A DNA stretch of 63,815 nt, counting the filler, from Octopus bimaculoides (Eukaryota), in assembly GCF_001194135.2 (NCBI RefSeq). It is 4 parts of 2 records of this genome, joined end to end, with 100 filler letters (N's around TTAATTAATTAA, not from the genome) between each part and the next. Parts side by side here need not be neighbours in the genome. Positions count along the whole stretch, not along the records: positions 41,156 to 52,395 come from NC_068998.1; positions 52,496 to 63,815 come from NC_068981.1; 2 more parts are not named here. One strand, 5' to 3'. Under the pieces are notes generated by a model. It was given only the letters and a program-made list of their open reading frames with translations. It ran no database searches and was not told the origin of the DNA. The position numbers and the translations under genes were made by a program. The stretch's first letter is position 1. Every line of letters begins with the position of its first letter. Positions 52,046 to 63,815 of this stretch are shown one piece after another.

Positions 52046-52346
52046 GGTGCATGGTTTAATGGGTAGGGTATTCGACTCACGATCGTATGGTCGAGAGCTC
52101 AATTCCCGGCAACGCATTGTGTCCTTGAGCTAGACATTTGAGTTCAAGTTGCTCCAGTCCACTCAGCTGGCAAAAACTAGTAGCACCTGTATTTCAAATG
52201 GCCATACTTGTCACATTCTGTTTCAGGCTGAATCTCCCTGAGAACTATGTTAAGGGTACACGTGTCTGTGGAATGTTCTGTCACTTGCACGTTAATTTCA
52301 CGAGCATGCTGTTTCGTTGATCGGATCAACTGCAATCCTTGTCGTC
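52046..52346 (+). mobile_element. SINE family C (tRNA head, V-domain-like body)
   Basis: A-box-like TGGTTTAATGG, anticodon-arm-like CGA-CTCACGA-TCG, B-box-like GCTCAATTCC, then TGTGTCCTTGAGCTAGACA...TTGCTCCAG. Confidence 0.7.
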
Positions 52347-53146
52347 GTAAGGGATGGAGTGTCAGATATGTATATATATATATATATATATATATNNNNN
52401 NNNNNNNNNNNNNNNNNNNNNNNNNNNNNNNNNNNNNNNTTAATTAATTAANNNNNNNNNNNNNNNNNNNNNNNNNNNNNNNNNNNNNNNNNNNNTATAT
52501 ATGCACACCCACAAACATGTAACATTAATCACTCTTAAGTTGTCCAGTTTTAACTATCTATTTCTGGAAGACATTTTACACATCAATATATCTCTGAATT
52601 TGAATTTTACACTAGCTTGGTGCACATCAATTCGCTTCTGTATAATTCATTGCACACATTTACGGTTGAAGACCTTAAGCATATCTACCATTGAGAAGGT
52701 TAACCAATGACATGAGCTCTATGCGGATTACACTTGATACTTTGCAACAGAGTATCCTTAAAGCTTTCAATCTACGTAGCATTTGTGCATTATGTAAAGC
52801 TTTAGCAATAACACCTGTTTTCACATTTATTATTTATTTCGGTCATTCCATCTTGTGACTGCATTTGTAAGTGGCTACCTGTAGGGAGATCGCACTTCAT
52901 TGTATGGCTACTTTATGACATATTCATGAGAATGAAAGTAAATATGCGATCAGATTTCTCTTAAAAGCCTTACTCTGTATCTCATTTTAATAGTACCGGT
53001 GCTAATACATAAACCGCACATAAATTTACAAAAGTAGAGAAGACAATATCTCGTTATATTCGTATCCAAAATCAAAACCTGAATGGGATTTATTAATTTA
53101 CATTATTTACATTTAACGGATATTTGTCCTCATCTTGTTTGTTGTT

Positions 53147-53192
53147 AACACAACGTTTCGGCTGGTATACCCTCCAGCCTTCATCAAGGGTA
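53147..53192 (-). ncRNA. Minimal hammerhead motif, second copy (C3U, weakened stem I)
   Basis: TTGATGA-A-GGCTGG...CCAGCC-GAAAC-GT-T-GTGTT. Confidence 0.5.
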
Positions 53193-53292
53193 TAGGGAAA
53201 ATTGCAAACTTGGGTTCTCATTCCTAAGGTATGCTTCGATGTTGTTGTTGTTGTTGTTGTTATTATTATTTTTTTTATTATTATTATTATTA

Positions 53293-53359
<67 letters not shown>

Positions 53360-53468
53360 CATCATCATTATTATTATTATTCAATTCTATGTTTAAGAGA
53401 TGAGGCATGATGTACATTATTTACATTATTACATTTGACGGATATTTGTCCTCATCTTCTTTGTTGTT

Positions 53469-53514
53469 AACACAACGTTTCGGCTGATATACTTTCCAGC
53501 CTTCATCAGGTGTC
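53469..53514 (-). ncRNA. Minimal Penelope-type hammerhead motif
   Basis: GACAC-CTGATGA-A-GGCTG(G)...CAGCC-GAAAC-GT-T-GTGTT; the ACGT stem III can pair only as a dimer. Confidence 0.65.
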
Positions 53515-53877
53515 TTGTGGTAATTTCGAACCTGGTTTCTCATTCCTAAGTAGTTTTTCGATGTTTTATTATTATCATTATTATTATTAATAGTCTGTGT
53601 AAAGATTTGCACGAAATCCTTTGGTCTTTTGATACTTGAGTGTGCGTGTGCTTTTCCTTCGATGACTCAACTGTAATTCTGCTTGTCACTACATCTTTCT
53701 TCACTGCAACAATGCACGACCAAAAACGGCATTGAAGTCCTGGTCCGCGAAAGTAGTTTGTGTTCTTTGAAATAGTATTTCATCAGTATGCCTCGAAGAT
53801 AGTGAATTTTCAGTTGAGAAGAGAAAGAATACGACGCATTCGATTCCATAGTATGCTTATACGTATATGAACGCATG

Positions 53878-53913
<36 letters not shown>

Positions 53914-54115
53914 TGTTTATATATGTGTGTACGCGTATGCGTGTGTTTGTATGGTGTGTATACGTCTCTATATGCGTATGTAAGTGCATATAAAGAGATG
54001 ATCACATTTTACCTACCTACCTAACTACATACCTACCTACCTGCCTATCTATCTACCTACCTACCTACCTACCTACCTACCTACCTCCTGCCTGCTCGCC
54101 TGTCTGTCTACCTAC

Positions 54116-54178
<63 letters not shown>

Positions 54179-57100
54179 GAACTATTTAGCTTTCTATCTA
54201 ATTCTCTTTCTCTCTATTTATCTATCTATCTGTCTCTATATACCTTTTTAACAATACATACCCGTACACACACAGACGTATATACACACAAATACATGTA
54301 TGTATGATTCTATATATTAGTATATACATAAATACTTATACATAAAAATCTATCGATAGTCAATCAAAGAAATATTAAATATTATAATTGAAGCAATTAA
54401 CATATAATTGTATGGTGTTACATTTAAACAAGATATTTAATACACGCTATGCATCGAGAAGCTTTCCTATCTTGCCGAGTTGACTCATTTATGTTTCATT
54501 GGTGTGTGTTTTAAAGAATTGGTTTGTCCTTTTCAATTCGAAGATAGTTCATCTCATTTCCAAGCTGATGTCAAATAATCTATAGCAACGAATTAAAACA
54601 GACCGTTAATACAACACCGGTAATTTCTTCTTGTCACAATAATTATGTGTATTATTATTCGAGAGTATGAATGAGATTTAGAAACATATTGAAAGAAAGA
54701 TAAACTGTTAAAGATCCATTAATAACAAAGAACTTATTATTGGTTTATACTTCCAACTTCATTTGTACCTTATCACTTGTATTTCAGTTCTGGGTCAATT
54801 ACAGGAATGATAAGCTAGTGTTGGCTGACCCACAGAGCAATTATGAGTGAAGGAAGATATTTCGTGTGCAAACACAGATTTGCGGTGGATAAATTTTGTG
54901 GAAAAATCCCCCGCCCCCATAAAAAGTAGAAGAAACCAGATTAAAAATCAGGAAACTTCAATTTCATTTCCTACCTAGGCTGCTTCACAATTTTTTTTAT
55001 ACTGACAGTGAATCTATGAAAATGTTCGTAATATTTGTGTTGTGAAATATTTCTCGAAAACCTTTTTTGAAACTCAAACCCACAAGCGTATAAGCGTGTC
55101 TCTTGCTTCCTAGCAATATGGAATCGTGACGAATAATTGCCAACCAAGTGTGGCGCCCCACACGGGGCTACTGACGTTTATAGCCCCGGGAAGACATCTC
55201 TTCCAGCAGGATATATATATATATTTATATGCATATATGTGTACAGCACGTTACCAAGCGATGCAGATAACATGGAATTCGTAAACAAACGAGGGAAAAA
55301 TACTAAAATACGTTAAAAAAAAACAAAATATGGAAAAGAGAACAAGTAAACACAGAGAAAGGACCCTNNNNNNNNNNNNNNNNNNNNNNNNNNNNNNNNN
55401 NNNNNNNNNNNNNNNNNNNNNNNNNNNNNNNNNNNNNNNNNNNNNNNNNNNNNNNNNNNNNNNNNNNNNNNNNNNNNNNNNNNNNNNNNNNNNNNNNNNN
55501 ATATATATATATATTTATATGCATATATGTGTACAGCACGTTACCAAGCGATGCAGATAACATGGAATTCGTAAACAAACGAGGGAAAAATACTAAAATA
55601 CGTTAAAAAAAAACAAAATATGGAAAAGAGAACAAGTAAACACAGAGAAAGGACCCTTCATCAGTTGTTAGCTGTCTATCTACTCCTCATTTCGAGCATT
55701 TAACGACAATATAACTCTTCATTTGTTCCCATAAATTCTGAAATAAATTTAGGATTCATGGATGATCAAAGTTAGACACAAAAAAACACAGTGGAGAAAT
55801 AGAAGGAAACTGAACGAAAACAAACATGGAGGGTAGTTAGACCAGAACGAGAGGAAAATAGTGAACGATGGCAGAAACATTTTTTGAAAAGAGGAAAGAC
55901 AAAAGAGAGAGGAAGAGACTAAAAACACGTCCGTTCTTTTTAACATCCATGCGGGAAAAGAAAAATGTCACGTGAGGAAAAGAAAGATGGATGATGATGA
56001 CGTGTAAGCAACGAGAGAGAGAAAAAAGAGAAAAAGGGGGGGAGAGAGAGAGAGATAGATAGAATACAGTGAAGGAGGAGGGGAAGAGAAAGAGGATTAG
56101 AGAAGACTGGAGGAAGAATTCCTAGTAAGTATACATATATAATGTAAATAGATAGCAAAGGATGTATATGTATAAATATCTTACGGCCGTTTCAAGCGGC
56201 TCCATTTAATCGACCTATGAAAACATTGCATCAATTTGAAAGAAACGGGTCTCTTCAGACGCAGATGACAATATAGGTTCTCCACATAAAGGAAACAATC
56301 ATATTTAACAACTTTACAGATACATCGATCGATTAAATCGGAACGCTGGGAACAGCTATAATGTATTGATATCTGTACATACTTGTGACTTATTTACATT
56401 ATGTTTCCCTAACTTTGATCTGTGCGGATTATACCGAACAGGTAAGCTGCCACAACTTAAGTACCTAATTTAACTGAATTGTACTTATATGTGTGTGGGT
56501 GTGGCTGTGGGTGTAAGTATATATACATGCATAATATATATATGCATATATAAAAATATATATGTATGCATATATACATATTGTATATGAATGTATATAT
56601 TATATATATACATATATAATATGCTGTGCACATCTCACACTGATGACGACAGCGATATCAAGATCATGACACTATGTCAAATGAAATATAAGGGGAAAGA
56701 TTCGATCGACGAATACGAAGAAAGAAATCTAAAAAGGTATTTTTCGAGCAGTGAAGCAGGTGAATATATACCTTTGATCATATTCACAAATGTTTCCAAG
56801 ACACATATAACACATCTTAAATGTGAAATTATAGATATGTTCACTTCTGTAAGCATTATGGTTTGGTATATGTAAACATTTACACACTACCTTAAAGGGA
56901 AAATACACGTTCAATCCATAATGAATGTTCCAAGTTCCGAGAAATTAAAGTTCCATAATATATGGTTGTTAAACACATTTAGTACTATGTATTCGCTAAA
57001 ATGATGAAGAAATTTGTGTTTTGAGGATCCTGGTGGCAAAATGTAAAGTAACTCTCAAGTGTAAAAGAGACAAATGCAAAATATAAGTTCATTAACTGAT

Positions 57101-57864
57101 TTTTTAGGTTAGTCATACTTTTTAATTAAATTGTACATGAAAATCTATGTTGTCTAGTGCTATATATTATGAACACGTAAACTTTAAATAATGTATATTC
57201 TCTTCTCGAATTTTCATATACTAGCTATCTTGTTTAATGAATAGAAAATTGTATGAGAAGTTTGTATGATATAATTCAGTGAAAACGTTTGGAGTAATAC
57301 AACGGCGCGGTATACCACTTAGCGTGCTGTACCACGGTCAATGTTTGCAAGGAGAATAAAAAAGAACATTTCACGATATTAAAGTGATAGAAATTTTACA
57401 AAACGAGATCTTCTGTACTTTAATATCACCATTCATCACTTGTATTATGCAGGTGTGTTATTACATTTCACTATGCTAAAATAGATAAAAAGATTGTCTG
57501 AAACGAAGATCTAGAGATTTGCTTTGTCTGAGCATTTTCCAGGCTTGAAGACTGTCGACAATTTATGGCAAATCATTAAGTTAGAAGAGAATTCGAGAGC
57601 AAATACGATGAACGTGTAGATGACGGGGAATTACAAATTAGAACCAACATTATTGAAATTCTCAGTGACAATTTGATTTAAAGAATTAAAATAAACTACA
57701 GCATAATCGTGCTAGTGGCAATGATTACTAATGTTTAGTAATGAATAAACATAAATTCTATCTTTGAAGAAAATTCTGAATAAAATAAAACATTCATATT
57801 TAATACAACAATGTTACAACTGAAAGCAAAAGAAATATGAAAAAATACATAGGTTTGCTATTTG

Positions 57865-57903
<39 letters not shown>

Positions 57904-57954
57904 ATTGTGTGTGTGTGAGAGAGAGAGACTGTGTAGATATATGTGTATGCGTGC

Positions 57955-57986
<32 letters not shown>

Positions 57987-58648
57987 TTGTATGTATGTAT
58001 GTATGTGTGTGTGTATATATATGTATCTGGAGGTACTTACCTGTGCATATATATATGTGTGTGTATGTGCATGGACGTGCGTGTGCGTGTGTATCTGGTG
58101 TGAAATAAAAGATAGCGGGAACGACTGTAACATCGAGAAAAGATATCACATTAACCTCACTTGATTCGAATATAGTTAACTTTGCAAGTACCTCTGTGTT
58201 CGCCAATATTGAATAAAGAGAATCTTATAAATTTAGGAATAATGGAATAAATGGTGTGTGAGCTTAGCAAGAGTTTTATGCTGCGGAGAAAAAAATTAGC
58301 AGGATTCCAAAACTAGAATTAGAAACATATAGAAGGATTGAGTTAAGTATAATGTAAGAAAACAAGAAAAACGAACGAAAATACAGAAAGAGGCGGCGAG
58401 TAATACAAAAAGAGAAACTAATAGGAAAGTAATTGTCAGGGTGTGTATATTAATCTTTTTATAAATAAATGAGAAAGGAGAGAAAAGAATATGTTTATGT
58501 ATCAGATAATATTGGAAAAATAGTATGTAAGAGAAAATAATAAGAGAGCTATTGAACAAGCACGGGCGTCAATGTTAAGAATACGAAAGACAAGATTTGA
58601 TTTCCATACATATATAAATACACACACACACCTTTATCCATGCATGTT

Positions 58649-58688
<40 letters not shown>

Positions 58689-60074
58689 CGCGTGTGTGTA
58701 TGTGTGTGTGTGTGTGTGTGTGTAGAACTCAACACGTTGTACATGCATGGGTTTATATATTTGAGTAAGCATGATTATATGTTTTTGTGTGTGTATATGT
58801 GTGTTTGTGTATTGCCTGCCTGTGTGTCCCTATATGCTTATACTTCCATCTCAACGCTCCTTTTTTTTTTTACTGTCACATTTAACATTTTCGGATGTAG
58901 AGAAAGTCTCTCCACTAAGATGTGTTACAAAGAAACTGTAGTGTGTGCAAAATAGTCACAGATTATTTTTTAATGAATTTGTGGTAGATCAGAGTCTGAT
59001 TATTACTTATACTTAGGAAAGTTTTTTTTTTAATTAATGTAAGAAGACAATATGGTAAATTCAGATAAACGTATGCAGTGCAGTCAAATTGTGAGTTAGC
59101 ACCTCACAATTCAAAACAATGTAAGTTCGTTTTACAAAATATGATTAAGATTGTTATGCAATACAAAAGATTTTGGTCACAATTCGGAAACCAGTAAGGA
59201 AAGGGTTAGTAAGGTTTTAAAATAAAATATCAGAATTTATTTGTAGCATTATCTGAATTAAAATCTTAGCAATTATATAGGTCAAGTACCTACATGAACC
59301 TTGTTGCCTTTCCTCTGCTTGTCATTTTTTCACAAATGTTCACTATTTTCTATGTAGCCTTGTTTTATTTATAAGTTCTATCATAGCAACTGAATAGAAT
59401 GCATAATGTTATTTATGCCTATATCGGTGGAATATATACAAAAAGGTTGTGTTTCCGTATGTGATAACATAAAGAAAATATATATATAGAGAGGTAAGTA
59501 TTATGATAGCAAACGCGTAACAGTTTCTGTAACGTTATACGAACTGTTGGCCAACACAACGTAAGACGAGTGTTAGTCATTTGATCATATTGGATATGCT
59601 AAACAGATCCAATAAGTGGTAGATATTATAGGGTTTGATTGATGCAACTATGATTTTCATCTTCAAAGGTTTAATCCCAATATAAATAATTACCCATTTA
59701 CATAGGTACAGTTTATACTACCATTAACATTTCTGGCTGCTCAACGAATGATAGTAGGTTTTGTGAGAAGTTAGTATTTTTTCTAGTTATAGGTTCAATC
59801 TGTGATTGCCGGTAGCTGAATGGAACTTACGTGCGAAGATCATGCTTTACAAATACGAATATTTCCTTCATTTTTAACGGTAGCACACTGCTTGGGATTC
59901 TATCTCTTAACCATACAAGCATATTAGAGAGAAACTGTAGAGAGAAACTACACTTTAGAGAGAAACTACACTTTATCGTGCAGTTAGAGAATTAACGTTG
60001 CTTGTTTTCACCTTTTCGATATCAGTGAATAATTTCACTGGAAAAGTAGATATAAGATTGCCAGGATTTTGTTT

Positions 60075-60163
60075 CTCTCGCCAGGGTCAGTGGCTATCGA
60101 ACGCCGACGAAGGGAAATAACCCTGAAATCCGGATCCGTTCGTGATACAGATCATGGTGAGAG
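60075..60163 (+). ncRNA. Type I hammerhead ribozyme motif (U4C core variant), predicted cleavage after C60136
   Basis: Stem I GAACG/CGTTC; core CCGACGA; stem II AGGG-AAATAA-CCCT; GAAA; palindromic stem III ATCCGGAT; AUC triplet. Stem I extends further (TATC/GATA, CTCTCGCCA/TGGTGAGAG). Confidence 0.72.
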
Positions 60164-60866
60164 GGATAATTTCCCTTGGCAAACAGGACACAGTCGTGTG
60201 TCGATAAGCCAGCTGGAGGAGATGTCCTCCTGGGGCTAAAAGCAACAGTAACATCCACCCCTAGGGGTCAGCCACACTTAAGTGGCAATATACTACATTT
60301 TATCGTGCAATTACTGTTAATACTTCATTTAGAGAATTAACATGGCTNNNNNNNNNNNNNNNNNNNNNNNNNNNNNNNNNNNNNNNNNNNNNNNNNNNNN
60401 NNNNNNNNNNNNNNNNNNNNNNNNNNNNNNNNNNNNNNNNNNNNNNNNNNNNNNNNNNNNNNNNNNNNNNNNNNNNNNNNNNNNNNNNNNNNNNNNNNNN
60501 NNNNNNNNNNNNNNNNNNNNNNNNNNNNNNNNNNNNNNNNNNNNNNNNNNNNNNNNNNNNNNNNNNNNNNNNNNNNNNNNNNNNNNNNNNNNNNNNNNNN
60601 NNNNNNNNNNNNNNTTTTTTATGCCATAATACATCGGTAGCATAGGACAAGGATTGGTAAGTAAATAAAAGAAAGGAGTATAGGAAATGAAAAAAAAAAC
60701 TCTGCTAGTATTAAATAGGAGATAAGAAACTTATAAAGTCATACATAAAGAAATTATGAAAACTACAAAATCAGAAAGACCATGGAAAGTTATAAAAAGG
60801 AATGCACATGAAATTAAGAAGTGATTATTTTACGAGTCAGGCATTTAGATGTAATAGAAGGAACGC

Positions 60867-60915
<49 letters not shown>

Positions 60916-61664
60916 GAGAGGGGGTGAGATATAGACAGAGAGTGAGAGAGTGAGAGACAGAGAAGTGTGCTTGTTAGAAAGTTTGATAGGTACAAAGGCA
61001 TGATCAATGAAATAGCTAGAGTTAAGCGAGTAATTAGAAAAGAAATATATGGAAGAACATCTTGCAGTCAATAAAAGGGGCGAGGGTGAAATATGTACAA
61101 GCCAAACCGAAATAAGTGAAAGAAGCAAAGGAAATTAAAGCTGTATATTGTATGCATAGCAAAAGAAATAAAACAGATATAGGTGAAATGGTGTATATGT
61201 GTCTGTTTGTGTATGTGCCTGCTTGTATATCCGTGCGTGTATAACGTGATAGTCCACATTGTAGATAAACGTTTAATTCGAAATTCTTTTCAATAATATT
61301 TTCGTTAATATATGTCATGAAATTACAAGGTTTCAAGTGTGGATTTCTCTAAAATAATAATTCATGTTATCTCAACTTCAAATTTGCGAAATAGTTTAAT
61401 ATAAACCAAGTATCTAGCTAAACATTGAAAAATATATATATTAGAATATGTTAAAATCTAGAACATTAGAAATTTGAACACTTAAACTATACACGTTTCA
61501 GGAAAAGTAAGGTAAATGCTGTGTTATTTTGGAAAGAAAAACAAACCCAATTTTATGAGAGTAGACTATCTTTACATATATGCGTTTCTATTTATATATC
61601 TTTATATACATATGCGTGTATTTATCGATCTGTTTATCTATCTATAATGACAATAATAATCTTT

Positions 61665-61872
61665 TCTACTTAAGGTATAAGGCTTGAAATTTTGCAGGGA
61701 GTGGGATAGCCGATTTCATCAAACCCAGGTTGTAACTAGTACTTATTTCAACTACTCCAAAAGGATGAAAGGCAAAGTCGACCTTACGAAATTTGAAAAC
61801 AGAACATGATGGATGACAAAATGCCGCTAAGCGTTTTGCCCAGCGTGCTAACGATTCCGTCAGCTCACTGCC
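61665..61872 (-). mobile_element. SINE B
   Basis: Reverse-complement homolog. Confidence 0.85.
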
Positions 61873-61878
61873 CTGATG

Positions 61879-61926
<48 letters not shown>

Positions 61927-62029
61927 GTAATATTATTAATAATATTATTAATAATAATAGTAATGATAATAACAGTAATAATAAATGTCCAGATGCCGTA
62001 CTAGGCAGTGTCTCTCAAGGCTTCTGACC

Positions 62030-63775
62030 TCAAATGATTGGAAGTGTTATGCACGGACACTGGACAAGTGCGTGCAAGACAGTTTCGACGCTCTGCGTGC
62101 ATCTCGGGCCGATCTGCCTGATAGCATTCCGTGCCTATAGAGATTATATCGAACCGGCAGCGCCCATCCGTATCACTGTCGAACTAGGGATTTCTGGAAG
62201 TTGTCGAACATCCCCAGCTCGAAAGTACTTCCGAACAGACTGGTCAGTTCGACTTCATCGACGCCTAGCGCCTCTCCGAGTGCTTCATCGCTCTTTCTCT
62301 CCACTAACCCTCTATAGAACTCGGGAGTGGATATTCGACTGATCGCATGCCAGTCACTCTGTCTCGGTCTCTTCTTCACTCAGGACTGCTGCTCAGTGAA
62401 GGAGACGAGCTGGGGAAAGAGTGTATGACAACCAGCGACCACAGCTGTTTACATTTAGGCAAAATATCTGGAGATGCCGCAGCTTCAGCACATTTCTGCT
62501 TATGAATAGCCACGGTATGCACAGCACTGCGCGTAGAGGATATTGGCAGCAGATGGACCGCCTCACCAATGGAGTCTGTCCCCTTCAGAAGAATTAGAAG
62601 AGGACGCGCTTCAAATTAGTGAGGTCCGAACGGGGACAAGGCATGACTGTGAAGCGGGAGTAGATGAGAGACGCGATGTACGCTTTCGCCATCTCCGCCC
62701 GACCTTTCAATGAGAGATTTCTCGCAGCTGATTTCTGAGTGAGATCGGCTACCCTGCTCGTTACCTCGTCCTAATACTTATCCACCTGGAGTGCAGGTCT
62801 AGTCCGAACCAAACATTAAATAACTTTACCGGTCTTTCTGTCCAGCGCGTAATGACGCTGTTGGGTGGCACGGACTTGACTCTCCAAGTGCCGAGTTTCA
62901 CGTCCACTGACTTTTCCGGGTTAAGTTTTGTTCCATCAAGTTTTCATATTCCTCCAATGATGTGCCAACCACCTCCATTTCTGAGTTGTCTGACATCATC
63001 ACTGTGATATCGTCCGCAGAAGCCGACACAGCTCTTCTGCATCCGCGTTCAAGCGTGATGCCCTGCAGCAGCTCCAGCTTCTGTTGTAAAGGCTGAAGTG
63101 TCAATGTATACCGAAAGTTGAGGAGAAGGAACCATTGATGGACCGATCGGGAGATCTCAAACGGTGCCGATCGGTGGCCATTAACTTTGACCACCGAGCA
63201 GAAGCCACTGTGAATTGCAGCGATCCAACCTCTGGAGACTGGTCCGGACCCAGTCGCTTTGAGGAGAGCCTCCAGTTACCGATGGTCGACACTATCGAAT
63301 GTTTCCGATTGATCTACATTTATCATCCCCCACCCCAGCTAAACCAGGTTTACACCCTACTCTTTATATGATGTACCGCATGAGGTGGAGGTTGTCGTGT
63401 ATGGACCTGGTCGAGATTGCACAGGTTTGCACCTCCCAACCCAAATCCTCGACGCCAATTGTCAACCTCTTCATGTACAAAATATTAAACTCTGTGTTAA
63501 GCTGAGTTATGGGCCTTAAGTTATCTAATGTGTCCCTCCTGTTTTCATGTTTCCTTATCAGCATCACTACGCCCCGGCAAAATCCTGGCGAAAGGCCTCA
63601 CAGTTCTATATGGAATCGCTCATCTCATGTTCGTCTCGGTCCGACAAGACCGAATTATGGTTTTGTTACCCCGCTGCTGCTCTCCCACGCGGGCCCATCG
63701 AACAGCTTTGGTCCCCTCGTTCCCTACACCATGCTTATTGGTTCTGACAACGCAACCTTCATTTTTTACACTGAA
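62030..63775 (-). mobile_element. L1-clade (Tx1-like) LINE ORF2: RT and C-terminal zinc finger, decayed
   Basis: NLRPITQLNTEFNIL, SIHDNLHLMRYII, VKVNGHRSAPFEISRSVHQ, SASADDITV and GPRCTQSVETVLHALVQCP. Confidence 0.9.
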
Positions 63776-63815
63776 GAACTAGTTTAATGTCTACTATGTA
63801 TATATATATATATAT

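Larger units (their letters stand above)
53095..53570 (-). mobile_element. Two tandem copies of a ~322-bp-period HHR-bearing repeat (Penelope pLTR / retrozyme-like)
   Basis: Two homologous units separated by (AAT)n/(AAC)n. Each carries YTGATGAAGGCTGG-N8-YCAGCCGAAACGTTGTGTT on the minus strand. Confidence 0.8.

Noticed and set aside
52046-52115. tRNA-like sequences (also the heads of SINE A and SINE B)
   Set aside because: They lack an acceptor stem and continue into SINE bodies, so they are not functional tRNA genes.
55212-55657. Exact ~156-bp direct repeat flanking an N gap
   Set aside because: Identical copies ending and starting at a gap are typical of unmerged contig overlap, so probably an assembly artifact; long reads would settle it.

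Overview
AT-rich, gapped eukaryotic genomic DNA that is dense in microsatellites and transposable elements. The SINE families and repeat make-up suggest an octopus (coleoid cephalopod); this is an inference, not a database result. I found no supportable host protein-coding gene, rRNA, functional tRNA or CRISPR array, so the window reads as a large intron or intergenic region. Most ORF-track entries are microsatellite translations, N-gap read-through or decayed TE frames. Recognisable TE content: a 5'-truncated Ty3/Gypsy pol with its 3' LTR, two TIR-bounded Tc1 copies, two mariner fragments, a Chapaev3-like transposase fragment, hAT and Tc1 MITEs, a Helitron PIF1-type helicase fragment, RTE, CR1-like and L1/Tx1-like LINE fragments, a Penelope GIY-YIG fragment, and more than 25 copies of three tRNA-derived SINE families. 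The most interesting signal is a set of hammerhead-ribozyme (HHR) motifs. One is an apparently complete extended type I HHR at 60075-60163, inside a ~233-bp structured element bounded by inverted ends. Others are a tandem pair of minimal Penelope-type HHRs at 53147/53469 and several decayed cores. Also notable are 3'-tail sharing between a SINE and a CR1-like LINE, and several long fold-back structures that are candidate ADAR substrates. Coordinates were counted by hand and may be off by a few bases; folding was done by eye.
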